From the NCBI GenBank assembly GCA_965222605.1, contig OZ244960.1, positions 3,104,001 to 3,168,000 of the forward strand: a stretch of DNA of 64,000 nucleotides, written 5' to 3'. Below the pieces are notes generated by a model that was given only the letters and a program-made list of their open reading frames with translations, was not told the DNA's origin and did not search any database. Below, one piece after another: positions 1-10,017 of the stretch. Position 1 is the first letter of the stretch. The number at the start of each line of letters is the position of its first letter. The DNA is from Candidatus Latescibacterota bacterium. GTDB taxonomy: Bacteria; Latescibacterota; UBA2968. The position numbers and the translations under genes are program-made.

Positions 1-681
1 GACATATGTAAAAAAGGGACGATAAGCACCCGTGGGCTGCCATATAGACCACCTGTTGGCCAGATTGCCTTTTGGGGTAGCGGTCAGGCAATCGAAATAA
101 AAGGTCGAGTTGGGCAGAAAGTCGCGCACAATACCCGTCACAAAATATGTGCCCGTACCGCTCAGTTCCTGGTGATCCACTTGCAGTACTTTCCCTATCG
201 GATTCTGGTTTTGAAAGAACTTGTGTGCCATTGATTCCGTTAGCACCATCGAACCCGGCTGGGTCAATGCCGTGGCTGGATCACCGGTTACAAACGGGAT
301 TGTAAATACATTGAAAATTTCTCGGTCTGCCACACACACGTCTTGCTGCAAAAAGTGGTTGTCAGTTTTGACCCATGCGGTAAGCAGTCGTGTGCGGATG
401 GCTTCCTGCACTTCGGGGAAATCGCGCTTTAATGCCGGTGCCAATGCGCCAGATGCACGCGGACTGACCGATGTTGTATTCTCCATTGAAACTGAGCGGA
501 AGATGCGATAAATGCGGGTTGCATTGACATGGTGTTGGTCGTAGCTAAACTCGTACTGAATGTAGAGGGCGATCAAAATTACAGACGCCATCCCAATTGC
601 CAGGCCCAGAATATTAATTGCTGTCAATCCCCTGTTTTTTAGCAGGGTGCGAATGGTGGCTGTGAGATAACTGCGAAACAT
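1..681 (-). CDS. MacB/FtsX-type ABC permease, 5' part (runs off window); near-identical to the 5' end of 3160-5640
   Basis: ATG at 681; nucleotide sequence almost identical to 4960-5640 (MFRSYLTATIRTLLKNRGLTAINILGLAIG...). Missing from ORF track because it is truncated by the window edge. Confidence 0.9.
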   Translation of the reverse strand, partial: MFRSYLTATIRTLLKNRGLTAINILGLAIGMASVILIALYIQYEFSYDQHHVNATRIYRIFRSVSMENTTSVSPRASGALAPALKRDFPEVQEAIRTRLLTAWVKTDNHFLQQDVCVADREIFNVFTIPFVTGDPATALTQPGSMVLTESMAHKFFQNQNPIGKVLQVDHQELSGTGTYFVTGIVRDFLPNSTFYFDCLTATPKGNLANRWSIWQPTGAYRPFFTYV

Positions 682-709
682 ACCGATCTCCTGATGCCGT
701 TTTCAACGA

Positions 710-770
710 GGGTTAGTATCCCGGCAGCGCCGAAAATACCGATGCCCAATTCAATGCGATACGCGAAAGG
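710..770 (-). pseudogene. Remnant of a permease C-terminus
   Basis: Reads FAYRIELGIGIFGAAGILTL, matching the conserved FAYRIELGIG motif at the end of the array permeases; no upstream gene body. Confidence 0.6.
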
Positions 771-854
771 GTGAATGTATAAAAATAGTAAGCAATAGAT
801 CCGCCCACCGACAAGTATGATTCCATTGGCCGAGACAAAAGTCAAGAAGGTCAT

Positions 855-3104
855 TTATTCTACAATACGGAAATAGACGTATTTCCTATCCGTCTGCTCA
901 GTCCGCTTGTCTTTCGCCAGCACCGTCAATTGATAAATCCCTGGAGGCACCTGATTTACATCAATCTGCAAATATGTAAAATCATTTTCTTCGTAACCTT
1001 CATAATCGGCTGTTACTGTGCGGATCACATCACTGTCCTGTGAGCGTTCGATCTTCAAATCTTGAGCCTCTATATGATGCACTTGGCCCCTGATACTTAT
1101 ATCAATCTCTGTTTTTCCCAGAGCATCGAGTACTTTTTGAGACATAAATAACTCTGGAGATACTGTATCTACTTCTGGCTTGCTAATGGTATAGGAGATT
1201 TGATAGTGTGTTCTTTCAAAATTATCGCGTTGCAAATCATAGAGTTCGAGATAAATGAAGATCGATTCTGATTGTGAAAATGTGCGTACAGGATTGGGGG
1301 TGATGATCAGATCATCGTGGTGTTCTGGAAACGCATTTCTCGCTTGAATATCACTCGCCACCAACAGATCACTCAGTTGAAAGGTCTCCTGGTCATACAA
1401 AAATTGTTCTTCATTGCGTGCTATACCAATTGCCCCCGATGTTTGATCCAATAGTTCGACAGAAAAATGATAGGTACCTTTGGGGACATACAACAGGCGC
1501 GAGACCAACAGGTGATTGTTTCGATGTCTTGCGGCTGCGTTTTCGGCAGGTATAGGCGGTGGCAATGCAAAGTTCGCGGATTTGCGATAGTCATATACTT
1601 CATCCCAATGCTCATCAAATAAGAACACACCATCCCAGAAGCTCACCTTGCCAGTTTCAGGGTTCTCTTTTAAGCGGTCTTTTGGAATCATATAGCTGAG
1701 TTCGACCCGCACGCTGTCTCGTTCTTGAAAGGTGGCGATCAGATAGGGTAAGGTGTATTTCCGATTTAGATATGGATCAACATAACGTTGTTCAGTTTTT
1801 AGAAAAACACGGTCTGAACGCTCCTCAAATCTGGCGGGATATACGTTTCGTCCTGGCGATCTTCTGAATACATTAGCTACAGCATTGGTATCATCAAATG
1901 CACTTGCCGCTCTGGATGGGCTTAAGCGTTTACCAGCGATCGCGAATCCACCGCCAAAACTCCACAGATCAGCACTATTCCCTGTAAAAACAATTTTAAA
2001 CTGTTCGTAAAACCAGGTTTCACGCATCCTCATTGAACCCGATTTTCGATAGCGAAATTTTCCAAATTTGATATAGGTTTTGCCCATATCAGTTTGCCAC
2101 CCTTCCACATCATCTGAAAATCGCCTGAACCGCAAATTTGAGTATGCCATGCGTCCAAAGTGTTCCATTTTTCTTTCGTTAAATTCTGACAAATAGAGCG
2201 GGTCCTGGCTTTTCCAAAAATTGTTGCGGCTTCGCAGTTCGTCAGACTGGCTAATGTTATCTTGCGACAATTGCACCACAGGAATATCCGGGTCTTCTTG
2301 TGGCTTGAGCAGATCAATGGATTCCATCAACTCGCGTTCACCCAGGCTCATTTGTTCCAGTGCCTGCCCATAGAATTGATGTGCATTATTAAATTCGCCC
2401 ACCTCATATTCAGCGAGACCGCAGAACAACAGCACATTCTTGTCTGTTGGATAGTGCATTTTCAGGTCTTTCATCAAGGCTTGAAAGTCAGAAAAACGCT
2501 GGCTTTCAAAATAGAGCATACCCAGCAAATAATAAGGTGTCTGATTCGCTGGATTCAATTGGATGCTTTTGAGCAATACTTGCTCGGCTTCCCTATTAGC
2601 CTTTGCAGCAAAGCCGCTAAAATCTCTATCTCTGGCTTTGGCTTCGTCCTTCATTGACAGATATTCGTACACCAAAGCCATACCAATACCATCAAGAGCT
2701 TCTGTATTTTTTGGGTGATGATTCACGACTTTCTTACACTGATTTAACGCTTCCTGCCAAAATCCCTGCGACCACATAATTTTTGCTCGTGTCAGTTGAT
2801 AGGCTGGATTCTTGTGATCTTGTTCGATTGCTTTCTGAATCATCTGTCTCGCTCGTTGTCGTCCGTTTACGCTATAATCCAACAGATGTAGTTTAGCCAG
2901 TTCGTTGTATGCAGGTGCATAAATTCTCTCTTCAGAAACAATCTCCTCGAAAGCCTTGATACTTTCCTTTCGACTCACCTGACCAACTTGCTCTACTGCG
3001 GCCTTAAACAATGCGTCTATTGTGGTTTCGCCTCTGGACGAGCCAGCACCAAAGATGCAAATCAACAGTATAAAATATTTATAAATCACTGATCTCGCTT
3101 TCAT
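855..3104 (-). CDS. TPR + GWxTD domain-containing exported protein
   Basis: GGAGGG RBS before ATG 3104; N-terminal hydrophobic signal; TPR-like helical repeats; motif FWKSQDP...EHFGRMAYSN...GWQTDMGKTYIKFG typical of the GWxTD domain. Confidence 0.85.
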   Translation of the reverse strand: MKARSVIYKYFILLICIFGAGSSRGETTIDALFKAAVEQVGQVSRKESIKAFEEIVSEERIYAPAYNELAKLHLLDYSVNGRQRARQMIQKAIEQDHKNPAYQLTRAKIMWSQGFWQEALNQCKKVVNHHPKNTEALDGIGMALVYEYLSMKDEAKARDRDFSGFAAKANREAEQVLLKSIQLNPANQTPYYLLGMLYFESQRFSDFQALMKDLKMHYPTDKNVLLFCGLAEYEVGEFNNAHQFYGQALEQMSLGERELMESIDLLKPQEDPDIPVVQLSQDNISQSDELRSRNNFWKSQDPLYLSEFNERKMEHFGRMAYSNLRFRRFSDDVEGWQTDMGKTYIKFGKFRYRKSGSMRMRETWFYEQFKIVFTGNSADLWSFGGGFAIAGKRLSPSRAASAFDDTNAVANVFRRSPGRNVYPARFEERSDRVFLKTEQRYVDPYLNRKYTLPYLIATFQERDSVRVELSYMIPKDRLKENPETGKVSFWDGVFLFDEHWDEVYDYRKSANFALPPPIPAENAAARHRNNHLLVSRLLYVPKGTYHFSVELLDQTSGAIGIARNEEQFLYDQETFQLSDLLVASDIQARNAFPEHHDDLIITPNPVRTFSQSESIFIYLELYDLQRDNFERTHYQISYTISKPEVDTVSPELFMSQKVLDALGKTEIDISIRGQVHHIEAQDLKIERSQDSDVIRTVTADYEGYEENDFTYLQIDVNQVPPGIYQLTVLAKDKRTEQTDRKYVYFRIVE

Positions 3105-3159
3105 GTTTCCCTCCGTATCTATCGTGCAACCTGTAAGAGAAAGAATGAGACCCCTGTTT

Positions 3160-5640
3160 TTACTCCGTCCGCAAAGCATCTACTGGATTTGTCCGGGCGG
3201 CTTTGAGTGCCTGATAGGTCATGGTTGTGAGTGCGAGCAAGAGAGCGAGAACACCGCCTATGAGAAAATACATAACGTGCAGATCGATGCGATAGGCGAA
3301 GTCCTGCAACCATCTGCCCGCAAACAGATAGGCTATGGGACAGGCGATCACACAGGCGATTATTACAAGTTTGACAAATTCTTTGGCTAATAGATTGAAA
3401 ATACTGAATATCGATGCGCCCAGGACTTTTCGAATGCCAATTTCTTTTGTTTTCTGTTCTGCGCGAAACGAAATCAGGCCGAGCAGTCCCAGGCAGGCTA
3501 CGAAAATTGTCAACCCGGAAAACACTGCAAGCGCATTTCCCGTGCGAATTTCATTTTGATAACGCACGCGTGTCAGATCATCATTCAAAAACCAAAAATT
3601 AAAAGGAATTTGAGGCAAAAACTGGTGCCATGTTTTCTCTATAAATGCGAGGGTTGCCGGTATGTTCTGTGTGCCCAATTTGAGATAGAGAAATTTGGCA
3701 CCTCCCGTAAAAACTCTGAATACAACGGGCTGAATGGCATTGTGCAATGTCTGAACGTGAAAATCTTTTACCACGCCTATCACATATCCCTCTGGCTCTT
3801 TTTTTTCCTTAAAACGCTTGCCAATCGGTTCGTCCCATCCGAGATGCTGTGCGGCTGTTTCATTTAAGATAAATGGTCGGCCTTTTTCTCGATATGCTTG
3901 CACCAATTCTCGATATTCTTGCAACTCCGCACGACTTTCTATTTTTTCTGGTAGTTTTAGTGGTTCTGGTGCCAGACGGCCTGCTACGAGTTCGATGTTG
4001 AAGAAGTCCAGAAAATCGCGGTCAATATCAAACAAGCCCATCTGCCAATCGGCGTCATCGGCTCGAAACGTATCGGTCGTATGAGATCCGCCTTGGTGAA
4101 AACGGGTGGCTGTTGCTTTTAAAATATTTGGGTGTGCCATGAACGCCTGTTTTACCGTGGGAATGCGCCGTCTCAGATCTTCTGATCCACCGTGATGTAG
4201 TTGCCGAGAATAGATGAAAATCGGTATGCCGACTATGAGTTCTTTGTCAAATCCGAGGTCTTTATTTCGGATATAAGCCAGTTGTTCTTGTACTACAACA
4301 GTACCTGTGATGAAAGCAATCGAAATTGCAAATTGGAAGATCACCAGGGCTTTTCGCAGCCCAACGTGTTTCGCTCCGGGTATCCAATCTCCTTTCATTA
4401 CCTGCGTGGGCAAAAAGGATGAGAGTACAAATGCGGGATAGCTTCCCGCGAGTACACCCACGCCCAGTCCAAACCCAATCAACCCGACCAGCCACCACAG
4501 ATTTTCACTTCTGTGCAATATCAGATCTCGCTGAATAAAGCCATTAAACCACGGCAAGACCAGTTCAACTACGGCGAGTGCCACTATCATTGCAGTTAGT
4601 GCCATCAGTACTGATTCGCCCAAAAATTGTCCGATCAATTGCCGGCGAGATGCGCCCACCACTTTTCGCAATCCCACCTCACGCGCTCTGGTGGATGAGC
4701 GCGCCGTTGAGAGATTCATAAAATTGACACAGGCGAGTACGAGAATAAAACCCGCGACAAGTCCAAATGCGTACACCTGCGTGATATCGCCATAGTCTCT
4801 AAACTGAAGCCCTAAATCCGGATGGGTATAAAGATGCACGCGCGTGAGGGGTTGCAATATGTACCGGGTCGTTTGGCGCACTTCATCTCCCATGTATCGC
4901 GTTATCAAATCGGGCAGTTTTTGCGCTAATGCGCGATGGTCGTAGCCTTCGGGCAATAGGAGATATGTCAAAAAGGGACGATAAGCACCCGTGGGTTGCC
5001 ATATAGACCACATGTCCACCAACGCCCCCACTGGCGTGGCGGTCAGGCAATCGAAATAAAAGGTCGAATTGGGCGGTAAGTCGCGCACAATACCCGTCAC
5101 AAAATATGTGCCCGTACCGCTCAGTTCCTGGTGATCCACTTGCAGTACTTTTCCTATCGGATTCTGGTTTTGAAAGAACTTGCGCGCCATTGATTCCGTT
5201 AGCACCATCGAACCCGGCTGGGTCAATGCCGTGGCTGGATCACCGGTTACAAACGGGATTGTAAATACATTGAAAATTTCTCGGTCTGCCACACACACGT
5301 CTTGCTGCAAAAAGTGGTTGTCAGTTTTGACCCATGCGGTGAGTAGTTGTGTGCGGATGGCTTCCTGCACTTCGGGGAAATCGCGCTTTAATGCCGGTGC
5401 CAGTGCGCCAGATGCACGCGGACTGACCGATGTTGTATTCTCCATTGAAACTGTGCGGAAGACGCGATAAATGCGGGTTGCATTGACATGATGTCGGTCG
5501 TAGCTAAATTCATACTGAATGTAGAGGGCGATCAAAATTACAGACGCCATCCCGATTGCCAGACCCAGAATATTAATCGCTGTCAATCCCCTGTTTTTTA
5601 GCAAGGTGCGAATGGTAGCTGTGATATAGCTGCGAAACAT
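3160..5640 (-). CDS. MacB/FtsX-type ABC permease (duplicated MacB-PCD/FtsX, no ATPase)
   Basis: 826 aa; motifs INILGLAIG, NFMNLSTARS..RAREVGLRKVVGA, KEIGIRKVLGAS, ARTNPVDALRTE. Confidence 0.95.
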   Translation of the reverse strand: MFRSYITATIRTLLKNRGLTAINILGLAIGMASVILIALYIQYEFSYDRHHVNATRIYRVFRTVSMENTTSVSPRASGALAPALKRDFPEVQEAIRTQLLTAWVKTDNHFLQQDVCVADREIFNVFTIPFVTGDPATALTQPGSMVLTESMARKFFQNQNPIGKVLQVDHQELSGTGTYFVTGIVRDLPPNSTFYFDCLTATPVGALVDMWSIWQPTGAYRPFLTYLLLPEGYDHRALAQKLPDLITRYMGDEVRQTTRYILQPLTRVHLYTHPDLGLQFRDYGDITQVYAFGLVAGFILVLACVNFMNLSTARSSTRAREVGLRKVVGASRRQLIGQFLGESVLMALTAMIVALAVVELVLPWFNGFIQRDLILHRSENLWWLVGLIGFGLGVGVLAGSYPAFVLSSFLPTQVMKGDWIPGAKHVGLRKALVIFQFAISIAFITGTVVVQEQLAYIRNKDLGFDKELIVGIPIFIYSRQLHHGGSEDLRRRIPTVKQAFMAHPNILKATATRFHQGGSHTTDTFRADDADWQMGLFDIDRDFLDFFNIELVAGRLAPEPLKLPEKIESRAELQEYRELVQAYREKGRPFILNETAAQHLGWDEPIGKRFKEKKEPEGYVIGVVKDFHVQTLHNAIQPVVFRVFTGGAKFLYLKLGTQNIPATLAFIEKTWHQFLPQIPFNFWFLNDDLTRVRYQNEIRTGNALAVFSGLTIFVACLGLLGLISFRAEQKTKEIGIRKVLGASIFSIFNLLAKEFVKLVIIACVIACPIAYLFAGRWLQDFAYRIDLHVMYFLIGGVLALLLALTTMTYQALKAARTNPVDALRTE

Positions 5641-5661
5641 ATCGACCTCCTGTCGTTATTC

Positions 5662-8106
5662 CTATTCATCTCGCAAAGAATCCGCCGGGTTTGCGCGTGC
5701 TGCTTTGAGGGTCTGGGTGGTGACGGTTGTGAGTACGATGAGGAACAGGATAAGGCTACCGAGTAAGAATGCGCCAATACCCAATTCGGTGCGGTAGGCG
5801 AAGGTTTGTAACCATTGATTTGTCGCGTAATAGGCGATTGGAAATGCGATGAGGCTTGATAGGGCGATGTAGAGGACAAATTCTCGTGAGAGCAGGGATA
5901 AGATTTGGGTCTGGGATGCACCCAGGACTTTGCGAATGCCGATTTCTTTGGTGCGTCTTGCAGTGGCGAGTGCAGCCAGTCCGAATGCGCCGAGTGCGGC
6001 GATGAAGATGGCGAATCCGGTGGCGTATTGGATCATGAGGTTCCAGCGTTCTTCTTTATGGTATTGTCTGTCTATGTTTTCATCGAGAAACGAAAATCTG
6101 AATGTTAGTGCTGGTGCGATTTCTTTCCATTTTTCTTTCATAAATGCGATGGTGCCCGGCACATTTTCAGGGTGAATGCGAACCAACAAGTGAGAATGGT
6201 CCGTTGTAAAGAGGGGCATGATAACAGGTCCAATTTTGTGATGCAAAGAGCGAAAATGAAAGTCGCGCACGACGCCAATGATCGTCTTGGACCGGGAAAT
6301 AATACGCTTTTCGCGCGGATTATTTCTTTGCGAGACTTTTCGGACCTCTTTGATCGTTTTGCCAATTGGGTTTTCTATACCCAATTTCTCGACCAAAGCC
6401 TCGTTGACGATAATTGATTTTCTTTGATCGGTTGGAAATTCCTCAGAATATTCCCGACCCGCAACGAGTTTCATGCCGAGTGTCTTGAACACATCGTAAC
6501 CAATGGACATCATTTCAACTGGCTGATCTTGAATGTCTTCATAATTTACAAAAATATTAGGGGGACGCGGAAACGCGAACTCACTGCTGTATAAATCGTT
6601 ACCATTAAACCAGGTTGTGCTGATCACTGAGGGATGAGATTGCAGCGCATCCCGAAAAACAGTGGGTAGGTTTCTGTATTCTCCTCGCCTCAAGACCATT
6701 TCAAAGGTCGAAATGGAGACGAGGTATTCGGTCTGGTATCCCAGGGGTTGGGTTCGCAAAAAAGCGAGTTGTTTGCCTATCATCAAGGTGGCGATGATGA
6801 AGAATATGGATAGGGCAAACTGAAAAATGACGAGTACTTTGCCAAAACGATTGCCCGTTTTAATTTGCAGTCTGCTCGTTATGATTTGGGTCGGCTGCAA
6901 TCGGGACAGGACAAAAGCGGGATACCCTCCTGCTGTGATGCCGACGAGACTGACCAGAAGAATGAGAAAGGCGAGTGTTGTGAGATTGAGACCGTCGCTC
7001 AAGGATAGAGATGTTATGCGTAAGGTTTGTCCGATTAAGTTGTTGAATGTAGGTAGCGCGAGTTCTGCGATGGCAATGCCTGCGATGCACGCGATGATGA
7101 TGAGTAAGAGCGATTCGCCGATAAATTGTTTTGCAATCTGCATGCGCCCTGCGCCAACGACTTTTCGCAGGCCGACTTCTCGCGCTCGCGTTGCCTGTCT
7201 GCCGAGGGTTAAAGTGATAAAGTTGACACAGGCAATAAATAGCACGAGTAGTGCTATGCCCGATAGGATGTACGTATAAATGGGGTTGCTGGCATTCGAG
7301 GTCTGAAGAATTGGATCAAAGTGCATTTGCGTGAGTGGCTGAAGTTTGAGTTGGTTCTCGCTCTTTTCGCTCCACCAGATTTTGGTCCATTTGGGAAATT
7401 GTTGTTCAAGGCTATTGGGATTAACATTTGGCGGGAGCAGCATATACGTATCCGCCTTGAAGTGTTTATTGTCTGCTACCCCGCTTTGTTCAAAGGGCAG
7501 TAGCATGTCAAATTTAAGTGTAGAGTTTTTGGGCACGTTTTTCAGAATGCCCGTGACGGTGTAATTTTTAATTTCGTTTTTACGCAGCATGGGATTGAAA
7601 CGCTGAATGGGTAGCACCTCGCCAATCGCATTGGCATCTTTGAAATACTTTTGAGCAATTCTTTCTGTTATAAGTGCGGAGTAATTGTCTTGAAGATCAG
7701 ACTTACCACGAATGACTGGAAATGAAAAGATTTCGAGGAAGTTGGGATCGACATAACTCCACAAGGCTCGAAACGCGTGATCGTCTGTGCCAATTTTTCC
7801 AAATCCCACCGCTAAACGAGCCGTCTGCATCTCGGGGAATGCCTCCGTCAGTGCCGCGCTGTCAAGGACTCGGGGTTCTTCTGCAATCCCGGATGGCGTC
7901 TGTACATAAACCCGATAGATGCGGTCGGCGTTTTCGTGAAAGGTGTCGTAGGTCCATTCGTGGTGGACAAAGAGGAATGTGATAATGCAGAATGCGAGAC
8001 CGATGGCAATGCCGATGATGTTGATGGCTGAGTAGATGCGGTGTCTGGCGAGGTTGCGGATCGCTGTTTTCAGGTAGCTACTGAATAAAGACATTTCACC
8101 GAACAT
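5662..8106 (-). CDS. MacB/FtsX-type ABC permease, subfamily A
   Basis: Start moved to ATG 8106 (AGGAG RBS; MFGEMSLFSSYLKTAIRNL matches paralogs); same permease motifs. Confidence 0.95.
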   Translation of the reverse strand: MFGEMSLFSSYLKTAIRNLARHRIYSAINIIGIAIGLAFCIITFLFVHHEWTYDTFHENADRIYRVYVQTPSGIAEEPRVLDSAALTEAFPEMQTARLAVGFGKIGTDDHAFRALWSYVDPNFLEIFSFPVIRGKSDLQDNYSALITERIAQKYFKDANAIGEVLPIQRFNPMLRKNEIKNYTVTGILKNVPKNSTLKFDMLLPFEQSGVADNKHFKADTYMLLPPNVNPNSLEQQFPKWTKIWWSEKSENQLKLQPLTQMHFDPILQTSNASNPIYTYILSGIALLVLFIACVNFITLTLGRQATRAREVGLRKVVGAGRMQIAKQFIGESLLLIIIACIAGIAIAELALPTFNNLIGQTLRITSLSLSDGLNLTTLAFLILLVSLVGITAGGYPAFVLSRLQPTQIITSRLQIKTGNRFGKVLVIFQFALSIFFIIATLMIGKQLAFLRTQPLGYQTEYLVSISTFEMVLRRGEYRNLPTVFRDALQSHPSVISTTWFNGNDLYSSEFAFPRPPNIFVNYEDIQDQPVEMMSIGYDVFKTLGMKLVAGREYSEEFPTDQRKSIIVNEALVEKLGIENPIGKTIKEVRKVSQRNNPREKRIISRSKTIIGVVRDFHFRSLHHKIGPVIMPLFTTDHSHLLVRIHPENVPGTIAFMKEKWKEIAPALTFRFSFLDENIDRQYHKEERWNLMIQYATGFAIFIAALGAFGLAALATARRTKEIGIRKVLGASQTQILSLLSREFVLYIALSSLIAFPIAYYATNQWLQTFAYRTELGIGAFLLGSLILFLIVLTTVTTQTLKAARANPADSLRDE

Positions 8107-8177
8107 TGGTTTCTCCTGTGTAGGGATCGGAATTGATCGTTTATCATTCAGGTAGAGTGAACCTATGAAAATAATAA

Positions 8178-8295
8178 GCAATTCCTGTGCCAAATTATTC
8201 TTTTCTATATTTTACAAGTAGTTATGAAAATTTGTGTCATGAAGGCAGTTCAATAAGTGTCCGATTTTGATACAGTGGTGTCCGAAAATGAACAC
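8178..8295 (-). promoter_or_regulatory. sigma54 promoter + IHF-like site + tandem enhancer dyads (copy 1)
   Basis: Minus strand TGGCACAGGAATTGC (8192-8178) = TGGCAC-N5-TTGC; TTACAAGTAGTTA at 8212-8224; GTGTCCGATTTTGATACA and GTGTCCGAAAATGAACAC at 8257-8295. Confidence 0.85.
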
Positions 8296-8299
8296 TTTA

Positions 8300-8337
8300 A
8301 ATAAAACAGGCACATTGTTTTTAATTCAATGTGCCTG
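8300..8337 (-). terminator. Intrinsic terminator after TA module
   Basis: 11-bp stem CAGGCACATTG/CAATGTGCCTG followed on the minus strand by TTTTATTT; second copy at 37085-37113. Confidence 0.75.
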
Positions 8338-8462
8338 CTGTATTAGCCGTAGAACCATTATTTATCACAATGGGATTACTGCAATTTAGTGGATATGATT
8401 GATGCGCGCAAGTAATTCAGGCAGTTCCTCAATTTCAGTAATAGATAACCCACGCCAGACAA

Positions 8463-8870
8463 TTATACGGTGAGGGGCAAATTGTCTGGCGTGAAAATCT
8501 GAAGGCCAGTTACTCTTGTATAGTGTCGGGTGTTGCGGGTGAGCAGTGGAAGGTCTTGGGAGAGGCAAATACCTGCAATCATTGTATCGGGCAAGCCAAT
8601 CATTTGGCCTGATTGCTGAAGCTGACGACCAAGTGTCGATGCATGGTGTGCAGCGTTGGCGTCGAATGGTAGAATAGAAAAATGCGAGAGTGCTTGAGAA
8701 AATCGTTGATTTTGTTGCTCTGATCGGATCGCCCCAATCTGCAATTCAAAGAGCGAGATGGCTGTTATATGGCAGTGATATTGGCTTGCAACCTAGAGCA
8801 AGACTTCTGACAGGTGTCTTAAGAAGTCGATGATGATGTCGGTATCAACAATCAGGTGGGAAGTTGCCAT
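8463..8870 (-). pseudogene. vapC: VapC/PIN toxin with in-frame amber stop at codon 26
   Basis: ATG 8870 MATSHLIVDTDIIIDFLRHLSEVLL*VASQ...; TAG at 8795-8793; continues in frame to PIN C-terminus (DTMIAGICL...LLTRNTRHY). Confidence 0.85.
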
Positions 8871-9115
8871 TTTGACCACAGTTGATTTCTTTTAGTCTCC
8901 CAATCGTCCAGATCCGAGGGTTTGAAAGCTTCTCGGAGGTGTTCGAGAGATTCAGTGAGAAGCCTAGTTTTTTCGAACGATTGTACTTCAGGTTCAAAAT
9001 CGGCTTTGGGTCTAATTTCAATACGATCTCCTGGGTGGAGTCCCAATTCTTGCTCTGCGGTTTGTTTAGAGATGACAAGATCATCACCCAGGTATTCCAG
9101 TTCTACTGTTGGCAT
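8852..9115 (-). CDS. AbrB/MazE-like antitoxin (VapB)
   Basis: 87 aa; LVISKQTAEQELGLHPGDRIEI AbrB-type motif; overlaps the PIN gene start; GGAG RBS. Confidence 0.75.
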   Translation of the reverse strand: MPTVELEYLGDDLVISKQTAEQELGLHPGDRIEIRPKADFEPEVQSFEKTRLLTESLEHLREAFKPSDLDDWETKRNQLWSKWQLPT

Positions 9116-9160
9116 TGCTTTTTCTCCACTAAGAAAGTATGCAGTCATTTGTCCAGTCGG

Positions 9161-9258
9161 GATTACTGGATCCGCATTTACAAATATCCGAAATTTAAGC
9201 GAAAAAACAAGGGTTTATAATGCGTATTTTTAATCTGAAAGCGATAAGTTGTCCACTA
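9161..9258 (-). promoter_or_regulatory. Shared TA leader/promoter repeat (copy 1)
   Basis: Near-identical to 14347-14467 and 37854-37912; minus-strand TTGTTT-N16-GATATT resembles a sigma70 promoter. Confidence 0.65.
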
Positions 9259-9303
9259 AGATAAGTCCAAACTACCTCTTTGGTGGTGGCTGGATCGCAC
9301 AGA

Positions 9304-10017
9304 TTAAAGACTCAGGCGTTCTCGAAATTTTTGTGCCTGACGTCGGGAAATTTCAATTTCATAGCCCCCTTTCAACAACACTTTTAGGCTGCCTTGAAAC
9401 CAGGGCTCAATTTTTTCGATATACTGTAAATTGATAATTTGTTGGCGATTGACACGAAAAAATATGCGTTTGTCCAAACGCTCTTCAAGGTGGTTGAGAG
9501 TACGCGGAATAAGAGGTTTGAATTTTTGAAAATAGACCCGCGTGTAATTACCAGAAACTTCGAATAATTGAATGTCTGAGAGTTTGATAAACCAGCACTG
9601 ATCACCGTCTTTTACAAAAACGCGACTCGAATCGGTCAATGCCAGTGCAACAGCTTCATCGGAAGAAGGCGTTTGGGCTTGTAGTTTTTCAATCGCGCTT
9701 GCAAGGCGTTCAGGCTGAACAGGTTTTAGCAAGTAATCGAGCGCATTTACTTCAAAAGCCCGAATGGCATATTCGTCATAGGCGGTTGTAAAAATCACCT
9801 GTGGTACCTGGTCAAGGGTTTCAAGCAGTTCAAAACCGTCTTGCCCGGGCATCTGAATATCGAGGAATATTACATTGACCGATAACCTTTTGAGTTGCTG
9901 CCGTGCTACATCTGCATTTGCGGCTTCACCTACTACTGTGATGGCCTCAAAGGCTTTGAGCAAATGTTTTAACTCCTGACGGGCAAGTCGTGAATCATCG
10001 ACGATCAATGCATTCAT
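9304..10017 (-). CDS. LytTR-family response regulator
   Basis: REC domain (IVDD, FLDIQMP, FTTAYDEYA, YLLKP) + LytTR domain (FFRVNRQQIIN, EISRR). Confidence 0.95.
   Translation of the reverse strand: MNALIVDDSRLARQELKHLLKAFEAITVVGEAANADVARQQLKRLSVNVIFLDIQMPGQDGFELLETLDQVPQVIFTTAYDEYAIRAFEVNALDYLLKPVQPERLASAIEKLQAQTPSSDEAVALALTDSSRVFVKDGDQCWFIKLSDIQLFEVSGNYTRVYFQKFKPLIPRTLNHLEERLDKRIFFRVNRQQIINLQYIEKIEPWFQGSLKVLLKGGYEIEISRRQAQKFRERLSL

Noticed and set aside
41-90. Diversity-generating retroelement as the cause of the variable patch
   Set aside because: Differences include changes at C, G and T, not only A; no reverse transcriptase or template repeat in the window.
8793-8795. Amber recoding or readthrough
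   Set aside because: Single case; TAG ends other genes normally, and the other two vapC copies are also inactivated.
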